A DNA stretch of 63,638 bases, counting the filler, from Octopus bimaculoides (taxonomy: Eukaryota): NCBI RefSeq assembly GCF_001194135.2. It is 4 parts of 4 records of this genome, joined end to end, with 100 filler letters (N's around TTAATTAATTAA, not from the genome) between each part and the next. Parts side by side here need not be neighbours in the genome. Positions count along the whole stretch, not along the records: positions 16,011 to 38,587 come from NC_068992.1; positions 38,688 to 62,109 come from NC_068985.1; 2 more parts are not named here. The stretch is one strand, 5' to 3'. The first letter of the stretch is position 1, and every line of letters starts with the position of its first letter. Made by a program: the position numbers and the translations under genes. Of this stretch, positions 36,591-49,906 are shown piece after piece. Under the pieces are notes generated by a model that saw only the letters and a list, made by a program, of their open reading frames with translations, was not told the DNA's origin and did not search any database.

Positions 36591-36894
36591 TTTGAAACAA
36601 ATATTTTCATTTGTTTGTCTTCTGCAGCTCAGGTTATTTCAGGACGTTATTCTGTTGGCCATTTCGTTTCATTATTCATTTATTCGAATTATTGTGTTAT
36701 TACTTTGGCAATTAAAAACATTTGCATATATACATATGTCATATCCGTATTATTGTATTCTTGTTTGCTTGTACTGGTTACAGTCATTGAGCAGTACCAA
36801 TTCTGACAATTATATCGATCTCAATATCTGCTCATCTAGATAATTTATTGATTTCATAATAAAAGCCAACGATTGTAGTTGATAACATAATCTT

Positions 36895-37085
36895 TGACTT
36901 ATTCTTCTTCCAGTTGTTAGACTGCGCCCATGATGGCTCACATTTTATTCAAAAGAATCGATTTTAGTACTTATATTTTTAAATCTTGGTTCATATTATT
37001 TTTGTCTCTTGCATGACTGATAAGCTACAGGAACGTATACACACCAACACCGGTTGTGAAGCGATGATGGTGGTAGACAAGCACA
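36895..37085 (-). mobile_element. Old CORE-like SINE 3' half
   Basis: gactgcgcccatg...accaacaccggttgtgaagcgatgatggtggtagacaa. Confidence 0.65.
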
Positions 37086-37499
37086 AACACACGCACACAC
37101 ATACACTCACAAACTCACACACAGATATGCATACACAGACACACACTTATATGTGTATATATATATAAAGAGAGACAGAGAGAGAGAGAGGCACATAGAA
37201 AGAGAGAGACTGATAGACAGACACACGAACACACACACACACCTGCAGGGCATAGGTGTCATCGGCACCGTGTGGGTGATGTTTCGTAGAAGGAAATTGT
37301 TCTGAATCCAACTGGATGCGATGTATTTGCAGTTTTAATACAGATTTGTCATAGAATATCATAGTCAGTCTGGCTAATGTCTTCGCTAAACGTAGAAGAG
37401 TTTGTATATTGCACGGTCTTATACTCTACATTTCAATTAATCGTTAATTCCACTAAATGCATACGTGTATATATATATATATATATNNNNNNNNNNAAG

Positions 37500-37650
37500 T
37501 ATTTTAGTCGAATAAATATACTCCAGTACTTTTTTTTTTGATAAGCTTCGTACTTATTTTACCGGTCACCTTTGCCAAACCTCTATGTTGCGGGGACGTA
37601 AACATATCAACGCCATTTGTCAAGCAGTGGTGGGATACAAAACAGATACA
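37500..37650 (-). mobile_element. Old CORE-like SINE 3' half
   Basis: ttagtcgaataaat...tttgccaaacc...gcggggacgtaaaca...gtcaagcagtggtgggatacaaa. Confidence 0.7.
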
Positions 37651-38367
37651 AAGGCACACACACACACACGCACGCACACCAACGCGCGCGCGCAGGCACA
37701 CAGGCGCTCACGCACATACGCATACCCGCACACACACATATATGTATACATATAGTAATAATAACAATAATTAATAAGCATTTAATGCTACGTGCGATTC
37801 CACAAATTACATGTCTCTTAAGATCACAGTCCATATTCATGGAATGATTACAGTGCAATCCGTAGTAATCCGTAGAATCCAGTTCATCATCATCATTGAT
37901 TCAATTCTTCAGGCCATACGCTGGTGGTCGGTATCATGGATAAGAACTTTATTTGCACATATATGTATATATTGGGTCATCCCTTGAATAATGCAGATTT
38001 TTCAATTGCATCAGTTTGCTGTAAAAACAGGTAATAATTTTACCTTGTATTTATTCCTTGTGCAAGTGTTAAGTGCTGTTCGATTTTATCAATTACTTTT
38101 TTAAAGCTATAAGGGAAGTGACAAAAGGGACATATTCCGCATATTTTGCTTTATGAGTTCAATAAAGGCAACAATGCATCTTTCGTTGCGGACAAGTGAG
38201 TTTTGAAAGAGGGGCCTTGCAAGCCTTCCTGATAGATGGAAGAGCATTGTAGAAAATGGAAGATAAATTATTTTAGATTAAAAAAGAACGATATCTTAAT
38301 TTTGAAAAATAAAAGAAGTACAGAAAACCTGCATTGTTTATGGGATGACACAATACGTACATATATA

Positions 38368-38523
38368 CCAGGGGCTTATTCCAGTTTCCGTCTACCAAAT
38401 CCACAATTCACTCAAAAGGCTTTGGTCGCCCCGTGACTATAGTAGAGCAGATCTGGCCAAGGTGCTACACAGGAGAACTGAACCCTCAACCATGTGGATA
38501 GGAAGAAAGCTTCTTACCACATA
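38368..38523 (-). mobile_element. CORE-like SINE 5' half
   Basis: cagtttccgtctaccaaatccac...ggctttggtcg...ctatagtag...ccaaggtgctacac...ctgaaccc. Confidence 0.85.
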
Positions 38524-38546
38524 ATTATATAATCCGTTGCTGTGTG

Positions 38547-38587
<41 letters not shown>

Positions 38588-38687
38588 NNNNNNNNNNNNN
38601 NNNNNNNNNNNNNNNNNNNNNNNNNNNNNNNTTAATTAATTAANNNNNNNNNNNNNNNNNNNNNNNNNNNNNNNNNNNNNNNNNNNN
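38588..38687. other. Assembly spacer: 44 N + TTAATTAATTAA + 44 N
   Basis: Same layout as 15911-16010. Confidence 0.95.
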
Positions 38688-39351
38688 ATAATGTATGTAT
38701 ATATATATATATATATAATTATATATGTATATACATACATACAAATATGTGTGTTATGCTATTGGTACACACAACACACACAGATACGCACAATCATAAT
38801 TGTCCCTAGATATGCAAATTTATGTACCTACCACCAGTATTGTATCCATCTATTTTCGTATAATTGAATATAATTACGTATCTGAGCAAGTTTAGCTTTC
38901 TTGGCAATGTTTCATTTCTTTTATTACTTGATGTTTATTTTTCGAACATTACCACAAATCCATTCGATTACTTCCGAGGAAGGCGATTTTATATATTTTA
39001 CAATTATGAGGTTTTAATTTGCCAATTTGCAAAATTGACATATATTCGGAAAATTCTATCTGCTACAGTATTTCTCGTGAATGCTACCGTAGATTAATTT
39101 TTATACATATTTTACGATATGCAGTATATATTAATGTATGATATACGAATAAGTTAGTATTTGATCTTCCCCTCGACACATATTTGTCTTTGATCTTTTT
39201 ACTGACTATACTAAATTAAGTTATTAGCAAATGCATAATTCCAATAATTTGCCTGTGGTGCATTATGCATTGGAAATAGCTCTGGAATCAGTTAATGAAA
39301 ATATGTGTAAAAATAGGTAAGTCTAGTTCCATTTCGAATTCATTACATATT

Positions 39352-39528
39352 CGAGGCGGTGTTGAAAAGTTCCTGGCAACGGGTAAAAGAAAATAGAAGC
39401 ATCAGTTAATTATGATTTTATTCTATATACTCTCCTCTCAGATTCACTCAGTTATTGTAGCAGACCTTCAGTTTTTCTAAGCCCTGTAAAAGAACTCAGG
39501 AGGTTGGGCCTCCAACCAGCGTTTCGTG
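39352..39528 (-). mobile_element. Mariner-derived MITE fragment (one TIR plus transposase C-terminus)
   Basis: TIR-like cgaggcggtgttgaaaagttcctggc; minus-strand LQGLEKLKVCYNN*VNLRGEYIE*. Confidence 0.75.
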
Positions 39529-39564
39529 ATACCAATAAATATAAGAACTTTTTCNNNNNNNNNN

Positions 39565-39603
<39 letters not shown>

Positions 39604-42600
39604 CGTGTGGACATCTTTTGCTCACAATTGTGGTGAAAATACAAAATATGTGTTTTGAAATTCAGAAGAAATACAATTCTTTGATTATTGAAATGACTAC
39701 AGTAACTCATTCCGATGAAAGATCAGCTGCATGAGGAATTACAATCACCACCTTACTTCGCATCTTAATCGATGAATTTTATTTTTTATTTTACGCGAAA
39801 AGTGTTTACCGCACTTCGATTAAAAGCGTAACTTTTCTAATAACGTTGAATCATTTTTACGAAAGCGTTACAAAGCTCTTGCATAACCTTTCAATCTGCA
39901 TGCACTTTGAGAATGAATGCTTTTACAATGAAATGTGGGCAACATTTTTAGCATTTTAATCAAGATAGTATGTCTCCATTTTCATGTCTTATTATGCTAG
40001 CTAGTGTGAATAACGTAATATGAGGCAATGCATTGGTTTCAAATTTAATAAACAATGGAATTATATTTTCCGGATATAATTGTTATAATGATTGTCTAAA
40101 TGACAAAATAGCAACCTAAATAATCAATACAGGAATAATAAACCGCCATTGTAATTGATAATATAATAAAACGAATATATTAGATATACAAAATCATTAT
40201 GAAACATATATTTATATAATAATTTCCTAGTGACACCTAAATCTATTGGCATCAAAATGTACCGATATTAAACAAATTCCGTTCCTTGACACTAGAAGCA
40301 TGTCATCGGCATTGACTTTGCTTTGTGATGAAGGAACACAAATAATAATAGCAGCCTTTTCTGATGAAAGGCATTATCATTCTTAGTTCAAGTCTTGTTG
40401 AATTCTCATATTATAAGCGGTAAATTTAACCGAGTAATCACAAATAACAGAAGGTATATATGGGTTAAAATTCGTAACTTTAGTTGATATGTTTATCTAG
40501 GCTTTTGTGGTTGAGGCGTAGTTTCTGACTAAGTAAAATAAAGATACTCGATGACCTAAATTTGTGTTGAAGACAACAGTAATGTAGGAAGACATGAATT
40601 TGTTTCCATTTCTAGTGAAATATCATTTTTCCGCGTTAGGATAATGATGCGCCCTGGGATATAGCAAGACAAAAACATTACGAAACGTTTCACGTGGTAT
40701 CATTTAAATACAATGCGGGTAGAAAACCTAGGGTCTAAAATCCACTGTAACTAGAATTCATATAAAACTCTATTCATTATTCGTCTGTATATATAATGAT
40801 TTTTATTAAAATTCAAGTTTAGTTTGGCTCTAAAACCATATCGTCTACAGCATATGCCGAACGCTCCTTTCACGTTCGCACCACATTAAGCAACTCACGT
40901 ATATCCATAAATACATACAAACGCATACACACACAAACACACGCTTATGTATCTATCTATATCTATATCTATATATATTTATTTATTTACGTATGTGTAT
41001 GTATGTATGTTTTATGAATGTATGCATTATGGTTATTAAATGTGCAATTAACGAGTAATTAAAATAGATGTTACTATATTTTATGGAGAATTATTAGGAT
41101 GAGTAAACTTCGGAAATATTCAGAAACCTATCATATGGATTTATATCCTATTTGAAAACCCATTTTCCCTTTCAAATCTATGTTCCAATAATATTAATCG
41201 AGATATTCACAGCCATTTACTGTATTGTTTATGTTATGCCTTAAAACCATAAATATTCAAAGATGCTAATTTGGATATATTCCCTACGGTTAAAAGAAAA
41301 TTGATGCAAGTAAGATCAATAGGCCTTCATTATAAAATATGTTTTAAAATATGATCTAATCGCTTACCAAATATAGCCATAGGCAGCCATATGATACAAT
41401 ATAAATATCAATATTTCTCTGTAAATTTTCTATAATTGTTACATTATAATTTACATCACATATCTTTTGCATGATAATTTCTATCATATTGTATAAGAAC
41501 AAATAATTTATAAATTTAAAGCGAATTATTTGAAACGAATTCACTTAAGATAAATGATGATTAAAGATGTTTAAGAAAATTAATATACATATCGATTGAT
41601 AAATAGAAAATAAACTGAGCACAATACACTTGTGACCTTAAACGACAGAACTATATCTTGTATTAGTGCAGACACCAAAATCAATTCAGAACTAAATGCA
41701 TTTCAAGATAGAACCAAGTGATCTCTTTCAGGGAAGTGAGGTCATGTCAACTTGTCAATATTAAGTTGCCTCACTTGTTATGTGGTAATGAGGCGGAGCT
41801 GAAACGCCAGAAATGCATTCATCACTCAATACGAAACGCTCAGAACTGTCTGTCTTTTTTTAAAACATCCCTTACCAAAATTCAAAATTCAAAATATTTC
41901 GTCGTGGAAACCTATTTCAACCGATATAAAACTGCTTTTGTTGCACAACCGCTTCGCACTCTACCCAATTATCTTGGATTACATTGTCAGACATTCTATC
42001 ATATAATTAGTCATTTATTTTCTGGTTTTATATACTGCCAACATCTGTCTATATATAATTTGTCCATAGCATCTTTGTATTCTCTAAAACCAGCATTTGC
42101 ATCACGTAGCTCATACCTGTATCTATTTTTCATTATCAGATTCCAGAGCAACGTAGGTACTCCTTGCATTTGATCACCAAATTCGTAGAGAATTACATTC
42201 AGTTACGGATATTTACTTACATACATTGAGATAAAATCTTCTTTATTAAGTCTCGTGGAATAAAAGCTACTTCCCAACATTTATCATTTTGTTAAATCCC
42301 ATTTGGGGCCATTTTGAATCTTTTTTGTAGTTGATTTTTTTCATCTTAACTGCGTTGAACAGATTATGCGTTTCAAAGGCTTCACATGCTGTCTGCATTT
42401 TGGGATCAAATATTTTTGAAAATCAAAGATTAAAAATATAACTACAGAAAACGACTTCGAATCTTCATGCTTCTATATACACCCAATAAATTCAAATTTA
42501 TGCCAATAATAATCGGTGTACATGGATTTGTGAATAAATGCTTGAGTGAGAATCTGAATAAGCTAGGGTTTCCAGGAAATGATATCAATTTTATGTTGAA

Positions 42601-43474
42601 CAGTAAAAATATGCAAAATATATCTGAATTTTAAAGTGTGACATTTTAAAATTGTATGCGTCAATGCAATAAAAATTTGGTTTTGATGCAGCCTTTTAAG
42701 ACTAATACTTTGGGTTCATTAAATAAAAGCAACTAAATCTCTACAACATTTAGTAATTCTTACACCTGCATTCCTGATATAGTAAAGCTCCAGAAGCACT
42801 TATTAAATGTTGAAGAACATATTCGATAAGTCATGTTAAGTCGTTATATTAATTCGTTCAGTCGTTATATCTTAGCCATACGTTTTAAAATGATTCATGT
42901 TTTTGTGTATGTGTAATACATGTGTTTTTCCTACCATTTGTATACGATATTACAATCATTCCGGTAAACAGACTACATTTAAAAAGAGTTATTTCATTAT
43001 TACTCCAATACACAAGCGCTCCCTATTTTGCTTTCTTAGAAACAGAAGCTATTGCTAAATATTCCCGATAACTGCTGAAATATTTCTGCAGATAGATTAT
43101 TCTTACATAGATGAAATTAGTCGTTAGCCTCAGGAGCCACTAATATAAAGTAATGTTGTTGCCAGACATATATCTTCGTCTCCACAAGGGAGCGATAAAA
43201 TTAGGTTTTCGTGTTCTTGGTCGTGAATATGTATCCGTAGCTTATTCGACACAGCTTCGTTAGCGTCTGAAATGTAATTTCGAAAACTTGTATTTATTAC
43301 GTCAGGTGAGTTTGTATAGAAACATATAATTATTAGTTTTTACAATATAGAGTAAACGTATGTAACTGCATTGCATTTCAAGTTTGGGGAAACGGAATGG
43401 CAAAATTACTTCGATTACTTACACTCAAATCACAGATGTGAGTCTATGAATTCTGCTCCTCTCCCCCTCTCTCT

Positions 43475-43516
<42 letters not shown>

Positions 43517-43549
43517 CTCTTTTCTCTTTTGGGCGACACCAAATCACAG

Positions 43550-43900
43550 CAGAGTTACCCAGGGGGTTGTACAAGCACCAAAATTGTATGTGGTTTCTCT
43601 CTAAAATATGCTCTCGGTCACACAGTCAGTAACTCACACCTGCTATGAAGACGATAGAAAACTATTAGAAGAGGTCAAGGGACCTGATAACATACTAAAA
43701 CTGAAAAACAATCTGAATACAATTTACAAATGGTTTCATGAAAATAGCATGGAATTCAATGCTGAACAGTTTCAAGTACTCTAATACCAGTCCAATCGGA
43801 ATACACAAGACCAGGAATAGTGGAAACACTGACTCAGGATCAATGCGAGATCCGAGAATCCACATGAGTAATGGTGCAATATTTCATATTGCCATATATT
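43550..43900 (+). mobile_element. CR1-group LINE reverse-transcriptase fragment (pseudogenised)
   Basis: One frame reads VTQGVVQAPKLYVVSL*NML...CYEDDRKL...LKNNLNTIYKWFHENSMEFNAEQFQVL*Y, a degenerate GVPQG..LGP.LF / YADD (43644-43655) / LQ.DL..I..W...N.M.FN.K pattern. Confidence 0.82.
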
Positions 43901-44055
43901 ATATGAATAAATCTCTGTCTCCCATAAACGCAGAAACATTAGTACTGATTAAATACGTAAACATCAACACAAGAAGTGTCAGTGGTTGTTTGCCGTACAC
44001 ATTTCTACGAACTACAAACATAACAGGCCAGATATAGTTTTTGGGAACTGACAAG

Positions 44056-44135
<80 letters not shown>
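44056..44135 (+). repeat. (TAA)n microsatellite
   Basis: Perfect run. Confidence 0.98.
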
Positions 44136-44137
<2 letters not shown>

Positions 44138-44154
44138 GCCAGAAAAGGTCACAG
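44136..44154 (+). mobile_element. Probable 5'-truncation junction of an R4/Dong-type element whose body lies in the gap
   Basis: acgccagaaaaggtcacag = TPEKVTE, which fits the WY.H.PEKV.E motif preceding ILWD; directly after (TAA)n; only 19 bp visible. Confidence 0.45.
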
Positions 44155-44887
44155 NNNNNNNNNNNNNNNNNNNNNNNNNNNNNNNNNNNNNNNNNNNNNN
44201 NNNNNNNNNNNNNNNNNNNNNNNNNNNNNNNNNNNNNNNNNNNNNNNNNNNNNNNNNNNNNNNNNNNNNNNNNNNNNNNNNNNNNNNNNNNNNNNNNNNN
44301 NNNNNNNNNNNNNNNNNNNNNNNNNNNNNNNNNNNNNNNNNNNNNNNNNNNNNNNNNNNNNNNNNNNNNNNNNNNNNNNNNNNNNNNNNNNNNNNNNNNN
44401 NNNNNNNNNNNNNNNNNNNNNNNNNNNNNNNNNNNNNNNNNNNNNNNNNNNNNNNNNNNNNNNNNNNNNNNNNNNNNNNNNNNNNNNNNNNNNNNNNNNN
44501 NNNNNNNNNNNNNNNNNNNNNNNNNNNNNNNNNNNNNNNNNNNNNNNNNNNNNNNNNNNNNNNNNNNNNNNNNNNNNNNNNNNNNNNNNNNNNNNNNNNN
44601 NNNNNNNNNNNNNNNNNNNNNNNNNNNNNNNNNNNNNNNNNNNNNNNNNNNNNNNNNNNNNNNNNNNNNNNNNNNNNNNNNNNNNNNNNNNNNNNNNNNN
44701 NNNNNNNNNNNNNNNNNNNNNNNNNNNNNNNNNNNNNNNNNNNNNNNNNNNNNNNNNNNNNNNNNNNNNNNNNNNNNNNNNNNNNNNNNNNNNNNNNNNN
44801 NNNNNNNNNNNNNNNNNNNNNNNNNNNNNNNNNNNNNNNNNNNNNNNNNNNNNNNNNNNNNNNNNNNNNNNNNNNNNNNNNNNNNNN

Positions 44888-44964
44888 AAGAAGAAGAAGA
44901 AGAAGAAGAAGAAGAAGAAGAAGAAGAAGAAGAAGAAGAAGAAGAAGAAGAAGAAGAAGAAGAA
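44888..44964 (+). repeat. (GAA)n microsatellite
   Basis: Perfect run after the gap. Confidence 0.98.
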
Positions 44965-47781
44965 TATATAGCTGCCCTGATCTTTGGAAAGTCTCCTCGA
45001 CAATCAAAGAGAAAGTGGAAAAATAAGGAAACTGCTTCGAAACCACCAGAGGTTCGGTCAAAACCGAAAAACCGTATTTCAGTTCAGTGCGTTTATTTTT
45101 CTTTTATCTTCTGTTTATAGTGAAGTAGAAAGCTGAAAGTATCTGCTCTCCTTTATAATACGTGGCGTGATTTAGGTTAATAGCATATTAAAAAACAAAT
45201 ACTAATCACTCGCTCTTTGAAATCTTCTACATCCATACCTCGCAAATCTGTGGGTTTGTTTAGCAGAACGCTGAACACTTGTAAACTCCTGAAACCTATT
45301 CGAAATGGAGTAGATTTTTAGTGCTGTTCAATGCCTTTCATTCCCGTGGTTGGTATATATTTAAAATCCCAAGTTGTGAGCTAGACCTATCAAGATCTTC
45401 ATTATGTATATCTTTGCATATCTTGCACACCTTCTCTCTACGGAGAAGAACTTCAATTCCTTCAGCTTTTCTCAGTCGATCATCTAATCCACCGAGAGTA
45501 ACCTTTTTGCGTAACGACGCCCGAAGTTGCGCTAGAAATTTAACTCATTGCAGTTACTACATTTACGAGCTAATATAGCAAAATTAGATACGACGAAAGA
45601 GATGATTTGTGGGGTTAAATATATTGAATCTCTTCACACTGTCATTTACATATCATAAATTACGTAGTTCTTAACAATGTCTTTGTTTATAAATATTCAA
45701 ACAATATTTCAAACCTATAATCATAATGAGACACATTCTAGACTTTATAAGTTTGTCGTGTTCTCCTGAAAACCACATTTTCCTATGTACTTTTTTACAG
45801 TTGAATGTAGTTTTAATTTGAATATGTTATTCGGCAATATACCACATGTCATGTGACCCTCTTTTACCATTCATTTTTTTTTTCTTTTCAGGAGTGTCCG
45901 TCACAAATGTGATGATGTAGACGGATTTATTGATACGTAGATTAGTAATGTTCCTGAAGATAATAGAAAAATATGAGGGAATCATTATTAATGTCGTGAT
46001 GATCATACATACGTATTGATTCATTCACTAGACCAAAAAGAAGATCATAAAACAGAAAATTATAGCAGACAAGAAGGATATTTCGATAATTGTCACAAAA
46101 GAAGAGGAATATTTTTATCGTTCAAATATCTGGTATCATCTATCATAACCAATAATTGTTATGTACTACATGTACATATATANNNNNNNNNNNNNNNNNN
46201 NNNNNNNNNNNNNNNNNNNNNNNNNNNNNNNNNNNNNNNNNNNNNNNNNNNNNNNNNNNNNNNNNNNNNNNNNNNNNNNNNNNNNNNNNNNNNNNNNNNN
46301 NNNNNNNNNNNNNNNNNNNNNNNNNNNNNNNNNNNNNNNNNNNNNNNNNNNNNNNNNNNNNNNNNNNNNNNNNNNNNNNNNNNNNNNNNNNNNNNNNNNN
46401 NNNNNNNNNNNNNNNNNNNNNNNNNNNNNNNNNNNNNNNNNNNNNNNNNNNNNNNNNNNNNNNNNNNNNNNNNNNNNNNNNNNNNNNNNNNNNNNNNNNN
46501 NNNNNNNNNNNTATATATATATATATATGCATATGTATGTATTTACATACATGTTTATATGTATATATATGGATACAACAAAATGCTGATGCTAATGCAA
46601 GGTATTCCTACAGCAATTGTAATATAAGTGAAAATCTTTCTCGCATATAATTTTACATATGCGACTATAGAGAGTATCAATTCCTAAACAACATTTTTGG
46701 GAGAGTTTACTTTCGTGTCTTTCTACTTGAATACAGAGTGTTGTTATTTGTGCTTATATTTTGCTCCTGATAGAATGTTATCTGACTGCTCATTGCTAAA
46801 TTATACATACGACAGTAAAGAACCAATTTTTAGAGATATTCAGGAATGCCTTATCTAAATTTTTATTACCTTATTTTAAATGATTCAGAGATGATTTTTT
46901 CTTTCACATAAATGATAAAATGAAGAAAAAGGAAGATTCGTCTCTCTATTAGTAACAAGAGCATCATATACCTCTTGAAAATTACTACGGCAATGAACGT
47001 GACATGTGAATAATCAGGAAAACTGAAAAAAAAATGCAGATAAACCACCTTGAAGTAACTCCTTACACTCAGGTCCGTCAAAGTAACGGTTCTTACTGAG
47101 CAGTTTCTTGTTCGGATTTGTCTGTATCTGAACATATAAAACCCATTTGAAGGAGAAAATAGCAAAATTGTCTCAAATATATGTATTTGATATAATTTAA
47201 ACTTTGAAATTTAAATTAATCAATCATCTAGTTTAAAGGCATCCGTGGCAAAAGTTTGGATGAAAGGTAATTTATCAGCTCACAGTATATCACGAAAAAA
47301 ATATATTGAGACTATTGTAATTACATTTCTTTCTGCATTAGATATATTAATGCTCTGTCGCAGCTCACGTTGCCAAAGTGGATGATGTCTTTTAAAATGC
47401 GTTTAAACATCTGCATTTCTAAAGTGAATTGTTTTTTACATTTAATTAGTAATTTAGTTCATCGTGGAGATATGTAGACATATATCTTTCAATTATAGTC
47501 TTTTTTCAGGAGCCTCCCACATATAGATGTGTATAAAATTGAAAAACATGGCGTGAGGTTTCTTCGGAAAAAAGATAAACAATGATTGAATATATTTACA
47601 ACGTGTAACTTTCTTAAGATTTTATATTATTCCAACTTTTGCAACAAAATTTTACTTCGTGAATCGAAAATTGCTTCGCCCACAATTGTTAGAGATTAGA
47701 CATTAAGAAAAATATAAAAATTCAAACAATTAATTAGTCATTATCTTTTCGTTAGAAAGGATTTTGCAAACCCCCCAAAAA

Positions 47782-47847
<66 letters not shown>

Positions 47848-47904
47848 TTTAAAAAAAGGATTGACGTAATAATTTGACTAATAATAATAATAATAATAAT
47901 AATA

Positions 47905-49002
47905 AAACTAGAACAGCAACGGACCATGATAAAACGATGGCAAGAAAAGCCCCTACATGGTAAATACTGGGCTAAACTAAATGCAAAAGAAATAGACAGA
48001 GAAAAATCTCAGCAATGGTTGAGAAGCTCAGGACTCAACGGAGAGACTGAAGGNNNNNNNNNNNNNNNNNNNNNNNNNNNNNNNNNNNNNNNNNNNNNNN
48101 NNNNNNNNNNNNNNNNNNNNNNNNNNNNNNNNNNNNNNNNNNNNNNNNNNNNNNNNNNNNNNNNNNNNNNNNNNNNNNNNNNNNNNNNNNNNNNNNNNNN
48201 NNNNNNNNNNNNNNNNNNNNNNNNNNNNNNNNNNNNNNNNNNNNNNNNNNNNNNNNNNNNNNNNNNNNNNNNNNNNNNNNNNNNNNNNNNNNNNNNNNNN
48301 NNNNNNNNNNNNNNNNNNNNNNNNNNNNNNNNNNNNNNNNNNNNNNNNNNNNNNNNNNNNNNNNNNNNNNNNNNNNNNNNNNNNNNNNNNNNNNNNNNNN
48401 NNNNNNNNNNNNNNNNNNNNNNNNNNNNNNNNNNNNNNNNNNNNNNNNNNNNNNNNNNNNNNNNNNNNNNNNNNNNNNNNNNNNNNNNNNNNNNNNNNNN
48501 NNNNNNNNNNNNNNNNNNNNNNNNNNNNNNNNNNNNNNNNNNNNNNNNNNNNNNNNNNNNNNNNNNNNNNNNNNNNNNNNNNNNNNNNNNNNNNNNNNNN
48601 NNNNNNNNNNNNNNNNNNNNNNNNNNNNNNNNNNNNNNNNNNNNNNNNNNNNNNNNNNNNNNNNNNNNNNNNNNNNNNNNNNNNNNNNNNNNNNNNNNNN
48701 NNNNNNNNNNNNNNNNNNNNNNNNNNNNNNNNNNNNNNNNNNNNNNNNNNNNNNNNNNNNNNNNNNNNNNNNNNNNNNNNNNNNNNNNNNNNNNNNNNNN
48801 NNNNNNNNNNNNNNNNNNNNNNNNNNNNNNNNNNNNNNNNNNNNNNNNNNNNNNNNACTACTGGGCACAGCACACATCCTACGCAAAACACGTTCAATAC
48901 AGTAACCATAAGAGCACCACAGCAAACCACAGCACATTACCAAGGCGCACAGAGCTGCGCTCGGTAGTGAAGTGAGAGCATGTTATAAAAATAAAACTAC
49001 TG
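47905..49002 (+). mobile_element. 5'-truncated R4/Dong-type non-LTR retrotransposon flanked by (AAT)n on both sides; middle hidden by an 803-N gap
   Basis: Before the gap KLEQQRTMIKRWQEKPLHGKYWAKLNAKEIDREKSQQWLRSSGLNGETE (W..KPLHG / WL...L..ETE motifs); after it LLGTAHILRKTRSIQ* (stop 48903-48905), a ~100-bp 3' UTR and an (AAT)n tail. Confidence 0.9.
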
Positions 49003-49868
49003 AATAATAATAATAATAGTAATAATAATAATAACATCTGTAAACATGTGGTCGTATGAATAGCTGCCGAAGTTAGAAACTTAGAATTGCTATAATATCA
49101 AGCTAATTTTAAAAAATAAAACATTGACAGAAATCATTAAACCAAGAGGCGCATATTGTCACAGGTAGATATCCGTATATCCGTCGCTTAAAGCCAAGTA
49201 TACAGACAAACAAGACAGTCGCATATTTCTGTTGCAGACTCCTATAACTTTCATTACCACGATAGCCTTGGGAGAATTACAGGAAAAAAAAAAGCTATAA
49301 AAGTACTCGATAACGTGTACCTCCTTGATAATGTGTACCTCCTTTCCAGATATATTCTGAATATAAGTTAGTCTAATTTTTGAATGGTTTTATCATGACC
49401 ACCTGTATAGTTTGCTAGGATATATTATAAGTTTTTATAAGTAATTTTTGTTTTCCTTTAGTACTTAAATTGGTCTATTTTCCTTAATATCGCACCTGGT
49501 CTTTATATCATTTCCGAAACATTTAATTGTTATTATACTAAATGTAATAATACATAGATTTTGCTATATTTTGACTATATTTTTATTATATCTCATTTCT
49601 CCCTCTGTACTCCTAATGCCTATTTAAGATCCTATATATTCCTATTGTCGGCCCCTCAAACTGATAATAATAAAAGGGTTCATGTCACCCGCATCCTACC
49701 TACGTTTCTGGGTATTAATCCTTGTTACTCATTTGATTTATATATATACATGTAGACGCTTCTTTATTAAACCAGAAAAAACAGCGCAAGAAAATTGTTA
49801 TTCAGAGTTCTATGGAAATGTGAACCTCTGACTAAGAGTCTTTTGATGTTCTTGCAACATTAATAAAC

Positions 49869-49906
<38 letters not shown>

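Noticed and set aside
41718-42173. Longest gap-free ORF (151 aa)
   Set aside because: GTG start, no recognisable motif, no convincing splice sites, and a composition typical of AT-rich non-coding DNA.
49309-49344. Small tandem duplications (18 bp here; 16 bp near 26293 and near 11998)
   Set aside because: Ordinary slippage duplications with no further structure.
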